64,000 nucleotides of DNA from Chloroflexota bacterium (GCA_040758495.1 JBFLVL010000006.1:73498-137497), one strand, 5' to 3'; shown: positions 53,294-61,902, counted from the first letter of the stretch. Notes: generated from the letters alone by a model not told the origin. Translations and numbers: made by a program.

Positions 53294-53459
53294 AATTTGT
53301 GAGATTGCTTTGTTAGTTCCCTCACTTCGTTCGGGACAAGCCTACTAAGAAACTTGCATGTGTCATCGCGAGGAGCGTTTTGTGCGACGAAGCGATCTCC
53401 CACTGGTTAAGGAGGAGATTGCTTCACCCCTTCGGGGTTCGCAATGACATGAGTGGAGT

Positions 53460-54479
53460 TCATAGCTGATATAGCCCTGAGCGGTAAAGGTGCAAGTTGT
53501 CGGATATCCAATTGATCGTGTGCTGAAGGCCATCATCAAGGGTGATTTGTGGTTGCCAACCCAAGATTTCCCGTGCTTTCCGGTTGTCCGAAAGTAACCG
53601 TTCGACTTCGCTCTTTTCCGGGCGCAGACGGGCGGAGTCTACCATAATCTTGGCAGATTTACCAATCAAGGAGAGGATTTTTTCTGTAAGTTCCCCTATG
53701 CTTACTTCATAACCGGTACCCAGGTTGAAGGTCTCTCCTTCAATTTCAGAAGTGGTAGCAACTTTGAGGAAACCCGAGATCGTGTCTGAGATGTAGGTGA
53801 AGTCGCGTATGGCCTCCAAGTTCCCAAGTTTTATTGTGTTTCCGGTTAGGGCTTGGGTGATGATTGTGGGGATTACCGCGCGGGTAGATTGTCTGGGGCC
53901 GTAGGTGTTGAAGGGGCGCAGGGTTACAATGGGTAGGTTGTAAGCACAATAAAAACTTTCAGCAAGTTTATCGGCACCAATCTTGCTGGCGGAGTAGGGT
54001 GACTGCCCTTGAAGTGGGTGATCTTCACAAATTGGAACCTCCATGGCAGTGCCGTAGACTTCGCTGGTTGATGTATGTATGATACGCTCAACTTCAACGT
54101 ACCGGGAAGCCAGGAGTACATTGAGAGTACCCATAACGTTTGTTTCCACAACTTCCGCGGGATGAACGTAGGAGTAGGGGATGGCGATGAGAGCTCCCAG
54201 ATGAAAGATAAGGCTCACACCCTTTACAGCTTCCTGTATTGCCGGTAGGTCGCGTAAATCTCCAGCAACGATTTCCAATGCCTCAAAAACATCGCTAGGT
54301 AATAATTTGAGCAGACCAGGGTCACCCCGAGAGTTGTAACGCACGAAGGCACGTACGTATGCGCCCTCGGTTACCAGCCTTTCAACCAAATGGCTGGCGA
54401 TGAAACCGCCAGCCCCGGTGACCAAAACTTTTTTCCCTTGCCAAACAAAGTTCTTATCGTTTCTTGGAGGTTGTTTCAT
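53460..54479 (-). CDS. NAD-dependent sugar epimerase/dehydratase (SDR extended family)
   Basis: VLVTGAGGFIASHLVERL and catalytic YSASK. Confidence 0.9.
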   Translation of the reverse strand: MKQPPRNDKNFVWQGKKVLVTGAGGFIASHLVERLVTEGAYVRAFVRYNSRGDPGLLKLLPSDVFEALEIVAGDLRDLPAIQEAVKGVSLIFHLGALIAIPYSYVHPAEVVETNVMGTLNVLLASRYVEVERIIHTSTSEVYGTAMEVPICEDHPLQGQSPYSASKIGADKLAESFYCAYNLPIVTLRPFNTYGPRQSTRAVIPTIITQALTGNTIKLGNLEAIRDFTYISDTISGFLKVATTSEIEGETFNLGTGYEVSIGELTEKILSLIGKSAKIMVDSARLRPEKSEVERLLSDNRKAREILGWQPQITLDDGLQHTINWISDNLHLYRSGLYQL

Positions 54480-56145
54480 GAGGGATGTTTTTCAGGTCAG
54501 TGCGGATGCCCTGTAATTTCTGCTGGAGGGAGGCAAGATCGCCCGATGTTGCTACCGAGTCTAATTCGTCAAGCCATTTCGAAACCCAAGCGATGGGGAT
54601 TTTATGCTTGTGATCAGCTTTTAACTTGTCGCGGGTTTCTGTTGGTGAACGTTTGGACGGGAAGTATGAGTGAACGATTTCAAGGATATCTGGGATGATA
54701 ATCACGTGAGCATCTGTGGAATGACAGATCTCCAGGATTTGGCTGCTGCGTTCTGGGGTAATGGTGCTGATGGAATACAGTAATAGACCGGCGTCGCATT
54801 CTTTCATTAATCGGGGGATATCGTTCGTTGTCCCCAAGACATTGCACCCGTCAATTCGCATCCCGACCTTTCGGGGGTCATCGTCCACTAGACCGGCGAT
54901 TGTAAAGGCTCTGGAAAGATCCGTGTTGCGTATCAACCATATAGCGAACCTGCCAACCTGGCCTGCGCCAACGATCAAAACCCGTTCGCCAAATAGCGCT
55001 TTATGGCCACGTACGTCTAGCCATCGTGTGGCTATGCCTGTCAGTATGCGGGTGCGGTAGCGTACAGCGAAGAAGCCAAGGAAAGCCAGTATGCCTGAGA
55101 CTGCCAGCAAACCCCAGGGTAAAGGGGAATGAAGTAGTACATCGGAAATAATCAATACCCCTGTCACTGCGGCAGTGGATACTGCCAGGTCAAGGGCTTC
55201 TGAGGGTCGGGCTCTAGACCAGTCGGTACGGTTGATGCCGGTAAGTGCATTGATCAAACTGAATATCACAGAGATGCCTGAGGCAATTAAGATGGCATTG
55301 CCCCAACCAATGTGTATAGGTCCTGCTGAGCGCCAGATACCTCCAGCCATACCCACGGCTAGTAATGATACGATGACATCAACCAGGAACCACCTCAAAT
55401 GCCTGCTAAGAAAACGGGATAGAAAACCCCAAAATATCAGGTGTTCGGGTAAGGGGTGCTTTCTAACATTGGGCAGGAGGGCAGTTAATGTAAGAAAGAT
55501 GATATCCAGATCGAGCAAGACGCTGCGGTTACGCACATAAAGACGGTCCAGGCGTAACTTGGAGGGCAGGATATCTTCCAGGTAGTCGTCCATGACCTGG
55601 TCATTATTTAACAAATTTTCCTCGTTGATATAGACGAGGGAGGCTGGGCTGGTCATGCCTGGTCTCATGGACAAAATCTCACGGCGAATATCTTCAGGCC
55701 ATGTATGCACAATTTCCGGATCTTCTGGCCGAGGCCCGACCAGACTCATTTCACCTTTGAGCACGTTCCACAGTTGGGGGAGTTCGTTGAGCTTGGTATC
55801 CCGTAACCAGCGACCGAACGGGGTGATGCGGGGGTCACTTTGAGCGGTGATCCTTGGCCCGTTGTAGCTTTCGGCGTTTTCGTACATCGTCCGGAACTTC
55901 AGGATGTGGAAGGTGCGTCCATGACGACCCACGCGCAAACCCTGATAGAAGGTCGGGCCGGGGGTGTCGCGTCGGATGAGGAGGGCAACAAAAGCAAAAA
56001 AAGGGGATAGAAAAACCAGTCCTAAAAAGGTGGAGATGATATCCAACGAGCGGCGGACAACTCGATAGGTAAAACTTCGCAGGGTTGAGGCTTTTCTCTT
56101 TTTTGTGAATGGGGTGGTGGATTGGCTAGGGATAGTTTCTGGCAT
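54454..56145 (-). CDS. Polyprenyl-phosphate sugar-phosphate transferase with permuted domain order (Bac_transf N-terminal, then 4 TM, then Rossmann-like CoA_binding_3-type domain)
   Basis: Residues ~30-215 read SLDIISTFLGLVFLSPFF..KFRTM..LNELPQLWNVLKGEMSLVGPRPE. They are followed by four hydrophobic helices, then ERVLIVGAGQVGRFAIWLI...GLVDDDPRKVG. Confidence 0.8.
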   Translation of the reverse strand: MPETIPSQSTTPFTKKRKASTLRSFTYRVVRRSLDIISTFLGLVFLSPFFAFVALLIRRDTPGPTFYQGLRVGRHGRTFHILKFRTMYENAESYNGPRITAQSDPRITPFGRWLRDTKLNELPQLWNVLKGEMSLVGPRPEDPEIVHTWPEDIRREILSMRPGMTSPASLVYINEENLLNNDQVMDDYLEDILPSKLRLDRLYVRNRSVLLDLDIIFLTLTALLPNVRKHPLPEHLIFWGFLSRFLSRHLRWFLVDVIVSLLAVGMAGGIWRSAGPIHIGWGNAILIASGISVIFSLINALTGINRTDWSRARPSEALDLAVSTAAVTGVLIISDVLLHSPLPWGLLAVSGILAFLGFFAVRYRTRILTGIATRWLDVRGHKALFGERVLIVGAGQVGRFAIWLIRNTDLSRAFTIAGLVDDDPRKVGMRIDGCNVLGTTNDIPRLMKECDAGLLLYSISTITPERSSQILEICHSTDAHVIIIPDILEIVHSYFPSKRSPTETRDKLKADHKHKIPIAWVSKWLDELDSVATSGDLASLQQKLQGIRTDLKNIPHETTSKKR

Positions 56146-56210
56146 GTTTCCCCCCTCTTAGGGTGGTGTAGATATCATACCATGAGATGGGTATATTTTT
56201 GAAATGTTGG

Positions 56211-56498
56211 TTATATGGATGGAAAAGTAGATTCCGCGTGCCAACGAAGGGGGGAGGGATGAACTGGGTTTGGCCATTCATCACTTCCATAAGAAGTGAG
56301 GCTGATTAATCTAACCTGGGGTATCTCTTCCCCGCTTTCAAGACGATCGGTCACGTGGAGTTGAATGGCATCCTGAATGTTCGCCAGCGCTTCTTCATAG
56401 GTGCTACCTTGAGTTTAGCAGCCCTGCAGTTCAGGACAGTAAGCAAAGTATCCTTCCTCATCGCGTTCGATCACCACAGAAAAGCGATAGTTCTTCAC
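56211..56498 (-). pseudogene. HicB-family antitoxin gene interrupted by an in-frame TAA
   Basis: GTG 56498 is preceded by AGGAGA. The translation is VKNYRFSVVIERDEEGYFAYCPELQGC-TAA(56415-56417)-TQGSTYEEALANIQDAIQLHVTDRLESGEEIPQ... in the same frame. Confidence 0.7.
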
Positions 56499-56587
56499 GT
56501 TTATCTCCTGTTCCTTGGGAGGAAACGATCCATTTTCTGGGAAGATTATATCATTTGCAAGAGGGTAGGGAGTAGAGAGCGGGGGTC

Positions 56588-56697
56588 GGGGGGAGGGTGT
56601 CAGGTGTTGCGGGTTAGCGGTGGTTGGGGGGGGATGAGCACCAGGTAGTGGGTGTCCCCAAAGGGGATGATATTGAAGAATTTCAGACTTTAGGGGA
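56588..56697. repeat. G-rich ~110-nt repeat, copy a
   Basis: gagggtgtcaggtgttgcgggttagcggtggttggggggggatgagcaccaggtagtgggtgtccccaaaggggatgatattgaagaatttcaga. The paralogous copy is at 57582-57703. Confidence 0.75.
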
Positions 56698-56756
56698 ACA
56701 AGTACAAAGACCACTGGAAACGGTACCATTTTGCGTGTGATGGGAGGCGCGGGAAC

Positions 56757-57041
56757 TTACTGACGACCAAGCCCTAATTTTTCATACAAGTCGGGCGACT
56801 TCGGCCCCACATAGAGCAAATCAACCGTTTGCTCATCTGCTATAACCTGATAAACGAGCCGGCAACCACGCGGCAACCAAAGGCGATAATAGCCAGGATG
56901 TTCATCGAGTTCTTTAGCCCCCGAAGGATACGGATCGTCAGCAAGGGATTTGACGCGGCGACGAGCCATACTGCAAACGTCGCCTGGCAGCGCTTCCAGC
57001 AAACGCATAAAACGCCGGTCATAACGCAGACGGTAACCCAT
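56757..57041 (-). CDS. RelE/ParE-family type II toxin
   Basis: 94 aa. ...GYYRLWLPRGCRLVYQVIADEQTVDLLYVGPK is typical of RelE/StbE. Confidence 0.75.
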   Translation of the reverse strand: MGYRLRYDRRFMRLLEALPGDVCSMARRRVKSLADDPYPSGAKELDEHPGYYRLWLPRGCRLVYQVIADEQTVDLLYVGPKSPDLYEKLGLGRQ

Positions 57042-57049
57042 TTGCGCCC

Positions 57050-57280
57050 TTACTCCAGGTGACGAGTAGCCTCATCCCACTCTTCTGCCGTCGCTGAAAT
57101 CACATCTTGAGGGTTTTTCTGGCGGTAGGACTGCGTTTCCTGAACTTGCTGCCAAAGGAACGCTTCTTCAGCATGCCGCTCTTTTACAAACAGCACGAAG
57201 TCGAAAACTTCTTCCGCCAAAGATTCTGGCAGTCGTTTCACCTCACGCAAAAGCATTTCGCGTATGTTCAGGGCAGTCAT
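57050..57280 (-). CDS. Antitoxin (DUF2281-like) paired with the RelE toxin
   Basis: 76 aa, LPESLAEEVFDFVLFVKERH. It lies 8 nt upstream of the toxin. Confidence 0.6.
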   Translation of the reverse strand: MTALNIREMLLREVKRLPESLAEEVFDFVLFVKERHAEEAFLWQQVQETQSYRQKNPQDVISATAEEWDEATRHLE

Positions 57281-57444
57281 ATTCGTTCTCCGGTTGTCAT
57301 CAAAAACCTTTCTTTGATGTTTTCTAAAGTCTCTTCGTAAGTTTTACCATCGGAATAACACCCTGCGATGAGAGGACAATCTGCCAAGTAAACATCATCC
57401 TCTGGATCATATTGGATAACCACAGGATATTGATACTCTTTCAT
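57277..57444 (-). CDS. Short HicB-N-terminal-like ORF (55 aa, probably a truncated remnant; under 60 aa so absent from the track)
   Basis: MKEYQYPVVIQYDPEDDVYLADCPLIAGCYSDGKTYEETLENIKERFLMTTGERI. Its stop overlaps the next ATG (ATGA). Confidence 0.45.
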   Translation of the reverse strand: MKEYQYPVVIQYDPEDDVYLADCPLIAGCYSDGKTYEETLENIKERFLMTTGERI

Positions 57445-57581
57445 CTTTTTTCACCTCTCACAAATCAAGCCTGCTACATTTTTTGAATTGTATCACACAC
57501 TTTGCGGGCGCCCCGCTACGCGGGATCTTCGAGATGGCGGCCAAGAGGGGCGTCAAGTGGAGGATAGACGATGGAGGATGG

Positions 57582-57703
57582 AGAGGGTGTTAGGGGTTAG
57601 GAGTTGCGAGTTAGGAGTTAGGGGTTGCGGTTGGCAGCGGTTGGGGGGGATGAGCACCGGGTAGTGGGTATCCTCAGAGGGGATGATATTGAAGATATTC
57701 AGA
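57582..57703. repeat. G-rich ~120-nt repeat, copy b (overlaps the GT2 stop codon)
   Basis: gagggtgttaggggttaggagttgcgagttaggagttaggggttgcggttggcagcggttgggggggatgagcaccgggtagtgggtatcctcagaggggatgatattgaagatattcaga. Confidence 0.75.
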
Positions 57704-58853
57704 TCACTTCACTTGACCTGAGAGGCGTTTTGCCCCGTTTATCTCCCCAGCGGTTCCAGAATTTGACCAGGCCAACGAGAAAGCCCAGGCCGTAGCTGAG
57801 GTGGAGGATGGCGTAGGTAAGAGGCAATAGTCCGATGATCGCCAGTCTGATAGTCGTTGGTCGGGTAGTCGTTGGTCTGATAGTGGTGTAGAGGGAGGCG
57901 GTGAGGGTGGCGAGGAGGTAGAGGGAGGGGATGAGTAGTGAAGGGTGAATGGTTAATTGTGAATGGTTAATTGTGAATTGTAAATTGTGAATGGGGAATG
58001 GGGCGAGGAGGAGGGAGAGGAGGAGGGCGAGGACGAAGAGAGGGGGGATGAACTGGCGGGGGCGCATCTGGCGGGGGTGTTTTTGCAGGACGCGGACTTT
58101 CCAGTAGCCGTATTGGAAGTATTGACGCCACAAAGCGCGCGGCGCGCCCCGTACGGTATATTCGGATTTGATCCTGGGGCTGAGCAGAATCTTGCCTCCC
58201 GCAGCGCGCAGGCGATAGTTGAACTCGTCGTCTTGATCGCGGACCAGTTCTTCGTCGAAGGGGCCGATGGCATCGAAGACGCTCCTGGGCCAGGCTCCCA
58301 TGTAGACCGTGTCCCCCCATTCTTCTTTATCAGAGTAATGAAAGCGCGCTCCGCCGACGCCAAAAGGTGAACTGGTCGCCAGGGCCACGGCGCGGCCAAA
58401 AGCGTTCTCGCCCACAGCGTTCATGCGCCCGCCGACGTTGTCCGCCCCGCTGCGCGCCAAAGCATCCACGCATTGGCGCACGTAATCGGGGGCAATCACG
58501 GTATGTCCATCCACGCGGATGATGATCTCGCCGCGGGCGTGCTGCAGGCCCAGATTGAGGCCGGTGGGGACGATTTGTTGGGGGTTGTCTATCAGTTGAA
58601 TATTGGGAAACGTGTTCTTTTTTTGCAACGAATGGCTCGAATGTTCGCGAATTATTTTGTTATGTTTTTTGATAACCTGCTGGATGATGTCACGGGTGCC
58701 GTCGGTGGACATGCCGTCGGCGATGAGGATTTCCAGTCGGTCGGGGGGGTAGTCCTGAGCCAGGACGGCGTTCAGGCAGCGCTGGATGTAGCGAGCTTCG
58801 TTGCGGATTGGGAGGAGGAGGGAGACGAAGGGGTGTGCTGTGGTTGACATCAT
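57699..58853 (-). CDS. GT2-family glycosyltransferase (ExoA-like) with C-terminal TM region containing an in-frame short tandem repeat
   Basis: LLLPIRNEARYIQRCLNAVLAQDYPPDRLEILIADGMSTDGTRD. The C-terminal region has hydrophobic helices. The repeat-encoded FPIHNLQFTINHSQLTIHP maps to about 57945-58000. Confidence 0.85.
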   Translation of the reverse strand: MMSTTAHPFVSLLLPIRNEARYIQRCLNAVLAQDYPPDRLEILIADGMSTDGTRDIIQQVIKKHNKIIREHSSHSLQKKNTFPNIQLIDNPQQIVPTGLNLGLQHARGEIIIRVDGHTVIAPDYVRQCVDALARSGADNVGGRMNAVGENAFGRAVALATSSPFGVGGARFHYSDKEEWGDTVYMGAWPRSVFDAIGPFDEELVRDQDDEFNYRLRAAGGKILLSPRIKSEYTVRGAPRALWRQYFQYGYWKVRVLQKHPRQMRPRQFIPPLFVLALLLSLLLAPFPIHNLQFTINHSQLTIHPSLLIPSLYLLATLTASLYTTIRPTTTRPTTIRLAIIGLLPLTYAILHLSYGLGFLVGLVKFWNRWGDKRGKTPLRSSEVI

Positions 58854-58882
58854 ACTTAATCTACGGTATCATGAAAGCGAAT

Positions 58883-58988
58883 AATCGGGTGGCCAGGTGC
58901 CTCCACGGTAACCACCCCAGGGATGTGAGCCTGGCTGCGAGTGCCCTGATACAGGCACCCACCCGATTTTTGTTTTTTCAGTGGCGTC
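58883..58988 (+). other. Long imperfect hairpin followed by a U-rich tract on the plus strand
   Basis: aatcgggtgg (58883-58892) pairs with ccacccgatt (58969-58978). An inner pair is gtgcct/aggcac. It is followed by tttttgtttttt. It sits between the 151-aa ORF stop and the GT2 start. Confidence 0.5.
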
Positions 58989-59442
58989 AACAATACAACA
59001 AAAGATCATCCAACGTCGCCACATGATCGGGTTTTCGATTACTTCTATGGGTCTCCCAAGCCAGCTTATGAGCAGAAGATTTCTTACCTATGCGCTGGAA
59101 GGTAATCGCCCCTTTTGGAAAATCAGGAACCCAGTTCAGAATGAATTGGAGCAGCACCCCCTTTATTTCTCCTTCTTTGCCCTCATATTCGACATCAATC
59201 GTCACGCTGGCAACGTTAGATATCTGTCTCCTCAGAAGCAATAGGATACCAGCTACAAACATACGTAATGCTATCATACCGGGCTTCATACCTCTGCTCC
59301 GCAACTTCCGTTGACAAGCACGCTTGACAGCGGCGGGAATAAGTATCACACACTGAATGCCGTTGGAAAAAGCCATCACAGTATGCTGATGAGTCTGTTC
59401 TATCTTTATACTCTGGTCAATTTCGATATGGTGTTGCGACAA
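58987..59442 (-). CDS. Hypothetical protein (151 aa), no recognised family
   Basis: ORF only. It has one central hydrophobic segment (MIALRMFVAGILLLL). The start codon is uncertain. Confidence 0.35.
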   Translation of the reverse strand: MSQHHIEIDQSIKIEQTHQHTVMAFSNGIQCVILIPAAVKRACQRKLRSRGMKPGMIALRMFVAGILLLLRRQISNVASVTIDVEYEGKEGEIKGVLLQFILNWVPDFPKGAITFQRIGKKSSAHKLAWETHRSNRKPDHVATLDDLLLYC

Positions 59443-59484
59443 TGTTGAGTTGTCCCCGTAATACCATGTTCATTCAATCGGTGG

Positions 59485-59619
59485 CTATGCCTTCGGTGAT
59501 GATATTTTCGAGCGGTCAGGGAGGTAGTCCTGAGCCAGGACGGCGTTCAGGCAGCGCTGGATGTAGCGGGATTCGTTGCGGATGGGGAGGATGAGGGTTA
59601 CGAGGAGGAAATGCGGCAT
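59485..59619 (-). pseudogene. 5'-terminal remnant (44 codons) of a GT2 gene paralogous to 57699-58853
   Basis: MPHFLLVTLILPIRNESRYIQRCLNAVLAQDYLPDRSKISSPKA*. Positions 59524-59568 are 45/45 identical to 58749-58793. Confidence 0.8.
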
Positions 59620-59844
59620 CGAATGTTACGAATGGGAACGAATTTTTGGTAGTTGGTTACGAGGGTTTTTTTTAACCACGAATTACACGAATTTCTTTGA
59701 GGGAGGAGGTAGAGTTGGAATTGTCAATTGTGAATGGGGGGCAGGTTTGCACGTTGGCAGGTTGGAGATTGGATACTAGATAATGGATATTGGATTGGGG
59801 ATACTTGTCTTTTTGATTTGGGGTTTATGGTGTTGTCCAACGTC

Positions 59845-60156
59845 TCAATCCTGGGTTTCAGTGGGTGTGAATGTAACTTCAAGCTCCGCTCCCAGAGCCT
59901 CTGCTACTTTTTGGAGGAAATGAAGCGAAGGGTTGGTGGTGCCGCGTTCGAGGCGAGAGATGTTTGGCTGGCCTGTGCCGACCTTCTCGGCCAATTCCTG
60001 TTGTGACAGGCCGCGTTGAAGCCTGAGTTGAATTACCTGACGAGCCACCTGAAATTCCGGCTCCAATGCCCGGTAGGCAGCCAGAAATTCAGCGTCTTGC
60101 ATTTGTTCCTCAAGATATTCTCCGAAAGGACGGCTTGTTCTCAGTCTAGTCATCAT
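59845..60156 (-). CDS. XRE-family HTH antitoxin (HigA-like)
   Basis: LRLQRGLSQQELAEKVGTGQPNISRLERG. 4-nt overlap with the upstream toxin. Confidence 0.8.
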   Translation of the reverse strand: MMTRLRTSRPFGEYLEEQMQDAEFLAAYRALEPEFQVARQVIQLRLQRGLSQQELAEKVGTGQPNISRLERGTTNPSLHFLQKVAEALGAELEVTFTPTETQD

Positions 60157-60506
60157 ATTTCTTCTCTTTCCAGAAAGTCGGCTAATCTACTTTGAGCAAT
60201 GCCGATTTCTTGCCGGGGTGTTTTACGGGTCTTTTTCAAGAAGGCGTGTAACAAGATGAAGCGTTGTCCGGTAAAGGCGAAGTAAAGTATCCGGTAAACC
60301 TTGTGTCTCGACCGAATACGCAGTTCCCAAAGTTTCCCTTCAAGATGCTTGATGTAAGGGGCGCCAAGCTGTAAACCGAAATCTGCAAGTAATCCGATGG
60401 TATGCACGATACGGACACGATCAGTAACCGGCAATTGGTTTAGAAAATTCTCTACCGGAGAACGACCCCGCGAGTCGACATAGTTTTCTACAGTCCAATC
60501 TGCCAT
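60153..60506 (-). CDS. RelE/HigB (Gp49-like) family toxin
   Basis: ...KHLEGKLWELRI..YRILYFAFTGQRFILLHAFLKKTRKTPRQEI. Confidence 0.8.
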   Translation of the reverse strand: MADWTVENYVDSRGRSPVENFLNQLPVTDRVRIVHTIGLLADFGLQLGAPYIKHLEGKLWELRIRSRHKVYRILYFAFTGQRFILLHAFLKKTRKTPRQEIGIAQSRLADFLEREEI

Positions 60507-60541
60507 GCTATTTCGCTGTCACAGCAATTATAGCATATACG

Positions 60542-60715
60542 CTATAAAGTAGAGAAATGAGAATACGATGGTATGGAGGACATGCTGTAGGCGATGAGGA
60601 TTTCCAGTCGGTCGGGGGGGTAATCCTGGGCCAGGACAGAGTTCAGACAGCGTTCGATGTAACGGGCTTCATTTCGGATGGCGAGGATGAGGGTTACGAG
60701 GGGGAGATGCGGCAT
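60542..60715 (-). pseudogene. Second 5'-terminal remnant (57 codons) of a GT2 gene paralog
   Basis: MPHLPLVTLILAIRNEARYIERCLNSVLAQDYPPDRLEILIAYSMSSIPSYSHFSTL*. The upstream ~90 nt (60716-60800) is homologous to 59620-59700. Confidence 0.8.
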
Positions 60716-60814
60716 CGAATGTCACGAGTGAGAACGAATTTTTGGTAGAGGGTTACGAGGGGGGGTTTTTCACCACGAATTACACGAATTTTCGCGAAAA
60801 GAACTGGGAACACT

Positions 60815-61267
60815 TCATTTGCTTTCACCGGCTCGCCACCTGGCTACCGAATCAATAACGCCTCTGGCTTTTGCTATCGAACTCCTGGCAGCCCCCAGTG
60901 CCTCTTGTCCCGATTCTTGTGTGAACAGATCCCATGGTAGCGTGTATGTGGTTTCGTCACCATAATCGGTCAGGAAGTGCTCTCTCAATCCCAATGCTAA
61001 CAAGTCAGGCAAGAGCTGCTGTAATTTATCCCGGATAGAATCAGGTAACCGCTGGTTACGGATTATTACAGCGATCTCTTTTGCTGGATCATGTGACTTT
61101 GGCACAATCTGGAAAAGTGCCAGGACGGATTTCCCCGAATTTTCTGCACTTAACTGGGCATTATCCACACAGGATCGCCACCGTTTTAAATCCTTGTCTT
61201 GTTCCGCCTCGGATAAAAATCCCTCTGCCAATGCCATGTGGTAAGCAACTTCATCGGGTGTATTCAC
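60815..61267 (-). CDS. HEPN-domain protein (second HEPN/MNT pair)
   Basis: 150 aa, N-terminal YHMALAEGFLSEAEQDKDLKRWRSCVDNAQLSAENSGKSVLA. It overlaps the MNT gene by 17 nt. Confidence 0.65.
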   Translation of the reverse strand: MNTPDEVAYHMALAEGFLSEAEQDKDLKRWRSCVDNAQLSAENSGKSVLALFQIVPKSHDPAKEIAVIIRNQRLPDSIRDKLQQLLPDLLALGLREHFLTDYGDETTYTLPWDLFTQESGQEALGAARSSIAKARGVIDSVARWRAGESK

Positions 61268-61772
61268 GAAAACCTTCCCAGGTGAGTTCCCAATCCCTGT
61301 TTGGAATCTGGGGGAACAGCCACATCCGTTTCCCCCCTGTTTTCTTCCGCTGCAACCCTGCTTGCTGGATCGCGTTTAGCGCTCGCTGACGGTATGGTTC
61401 AAAATACAAATCTCCAAAGAGACAGATCCCATCCGCACAGACATCCAATAAGAGTGGTGTGAGATTGGCCTCAAATTCACACGGTGTTTTTGCGATAAAT
61501 GTGATCAAACCCGGCAAACGATCCAGGATAGGTAGCAGGGTCATCCGGACAGTGCGTTGACGTGCAAGTGGATCACGGGGTAAATTCTCAATCACAACAA
61601 AAAGGTCATGATCGCTATCTGAACGCTGTTCACCATGTACTTGAGACCCAAATAATACGATGGTTTTTAGTTGTTCTCCAAACGCGCGTTCAAGGGCCTG
61701 AATGACTTCATGATAACGCTTCAGCACAAGCTCTTTGTGTTTCGTTTTCCCGGTAAGAGGTGAGGTATTCAT
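61251..61772 (-). CDS. Nucleotidyltransferase (MNT) partner
   Basis: IVLFGSQVHGEQRSDSDHDLFVVI. Confidence 0.75.
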   Translation of the reverse strand: MNTSPLTGKTKHKELVLKRYHEVIQALERAFGEQLKTIVLFGSQVHGEQRSDSDHDLFVVIENLPRDPLARQRTVRMTLLPILDRLPGLITFIAKTPCEFEANLTPLLLDVCADGICLFGDLYFEPYRQRALNAIQQAGLQRKKTGGKRMWLFPQIPNRDWELTWEGFREYTR

Positions 61773-61902
61773 TCTTATGTACCATTTGAAATTTTTCGCG
61801 CTTGACGTTGTTTTTCTGTTTGTTATTGTACCACCAGTCTTTAACAGGAGGTGAACACAGACATGCCAGGATGAAGCGCTATCATTTTCTTTTAGGGCTG
61901 AA

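Noticed and set aside
58883-58988. SRP (4.5S) RNA or a known riboswitch, because of the long hairpin with the ccaggt and gggatgt strings
   Set aside because: The conserved SRP domain IV features (GNRA-capped helix with AGCA/GGAA-type symmetric loop) are not present. No riboswitch consensus that I can recall matches. It is kept only as an unexplained structure.
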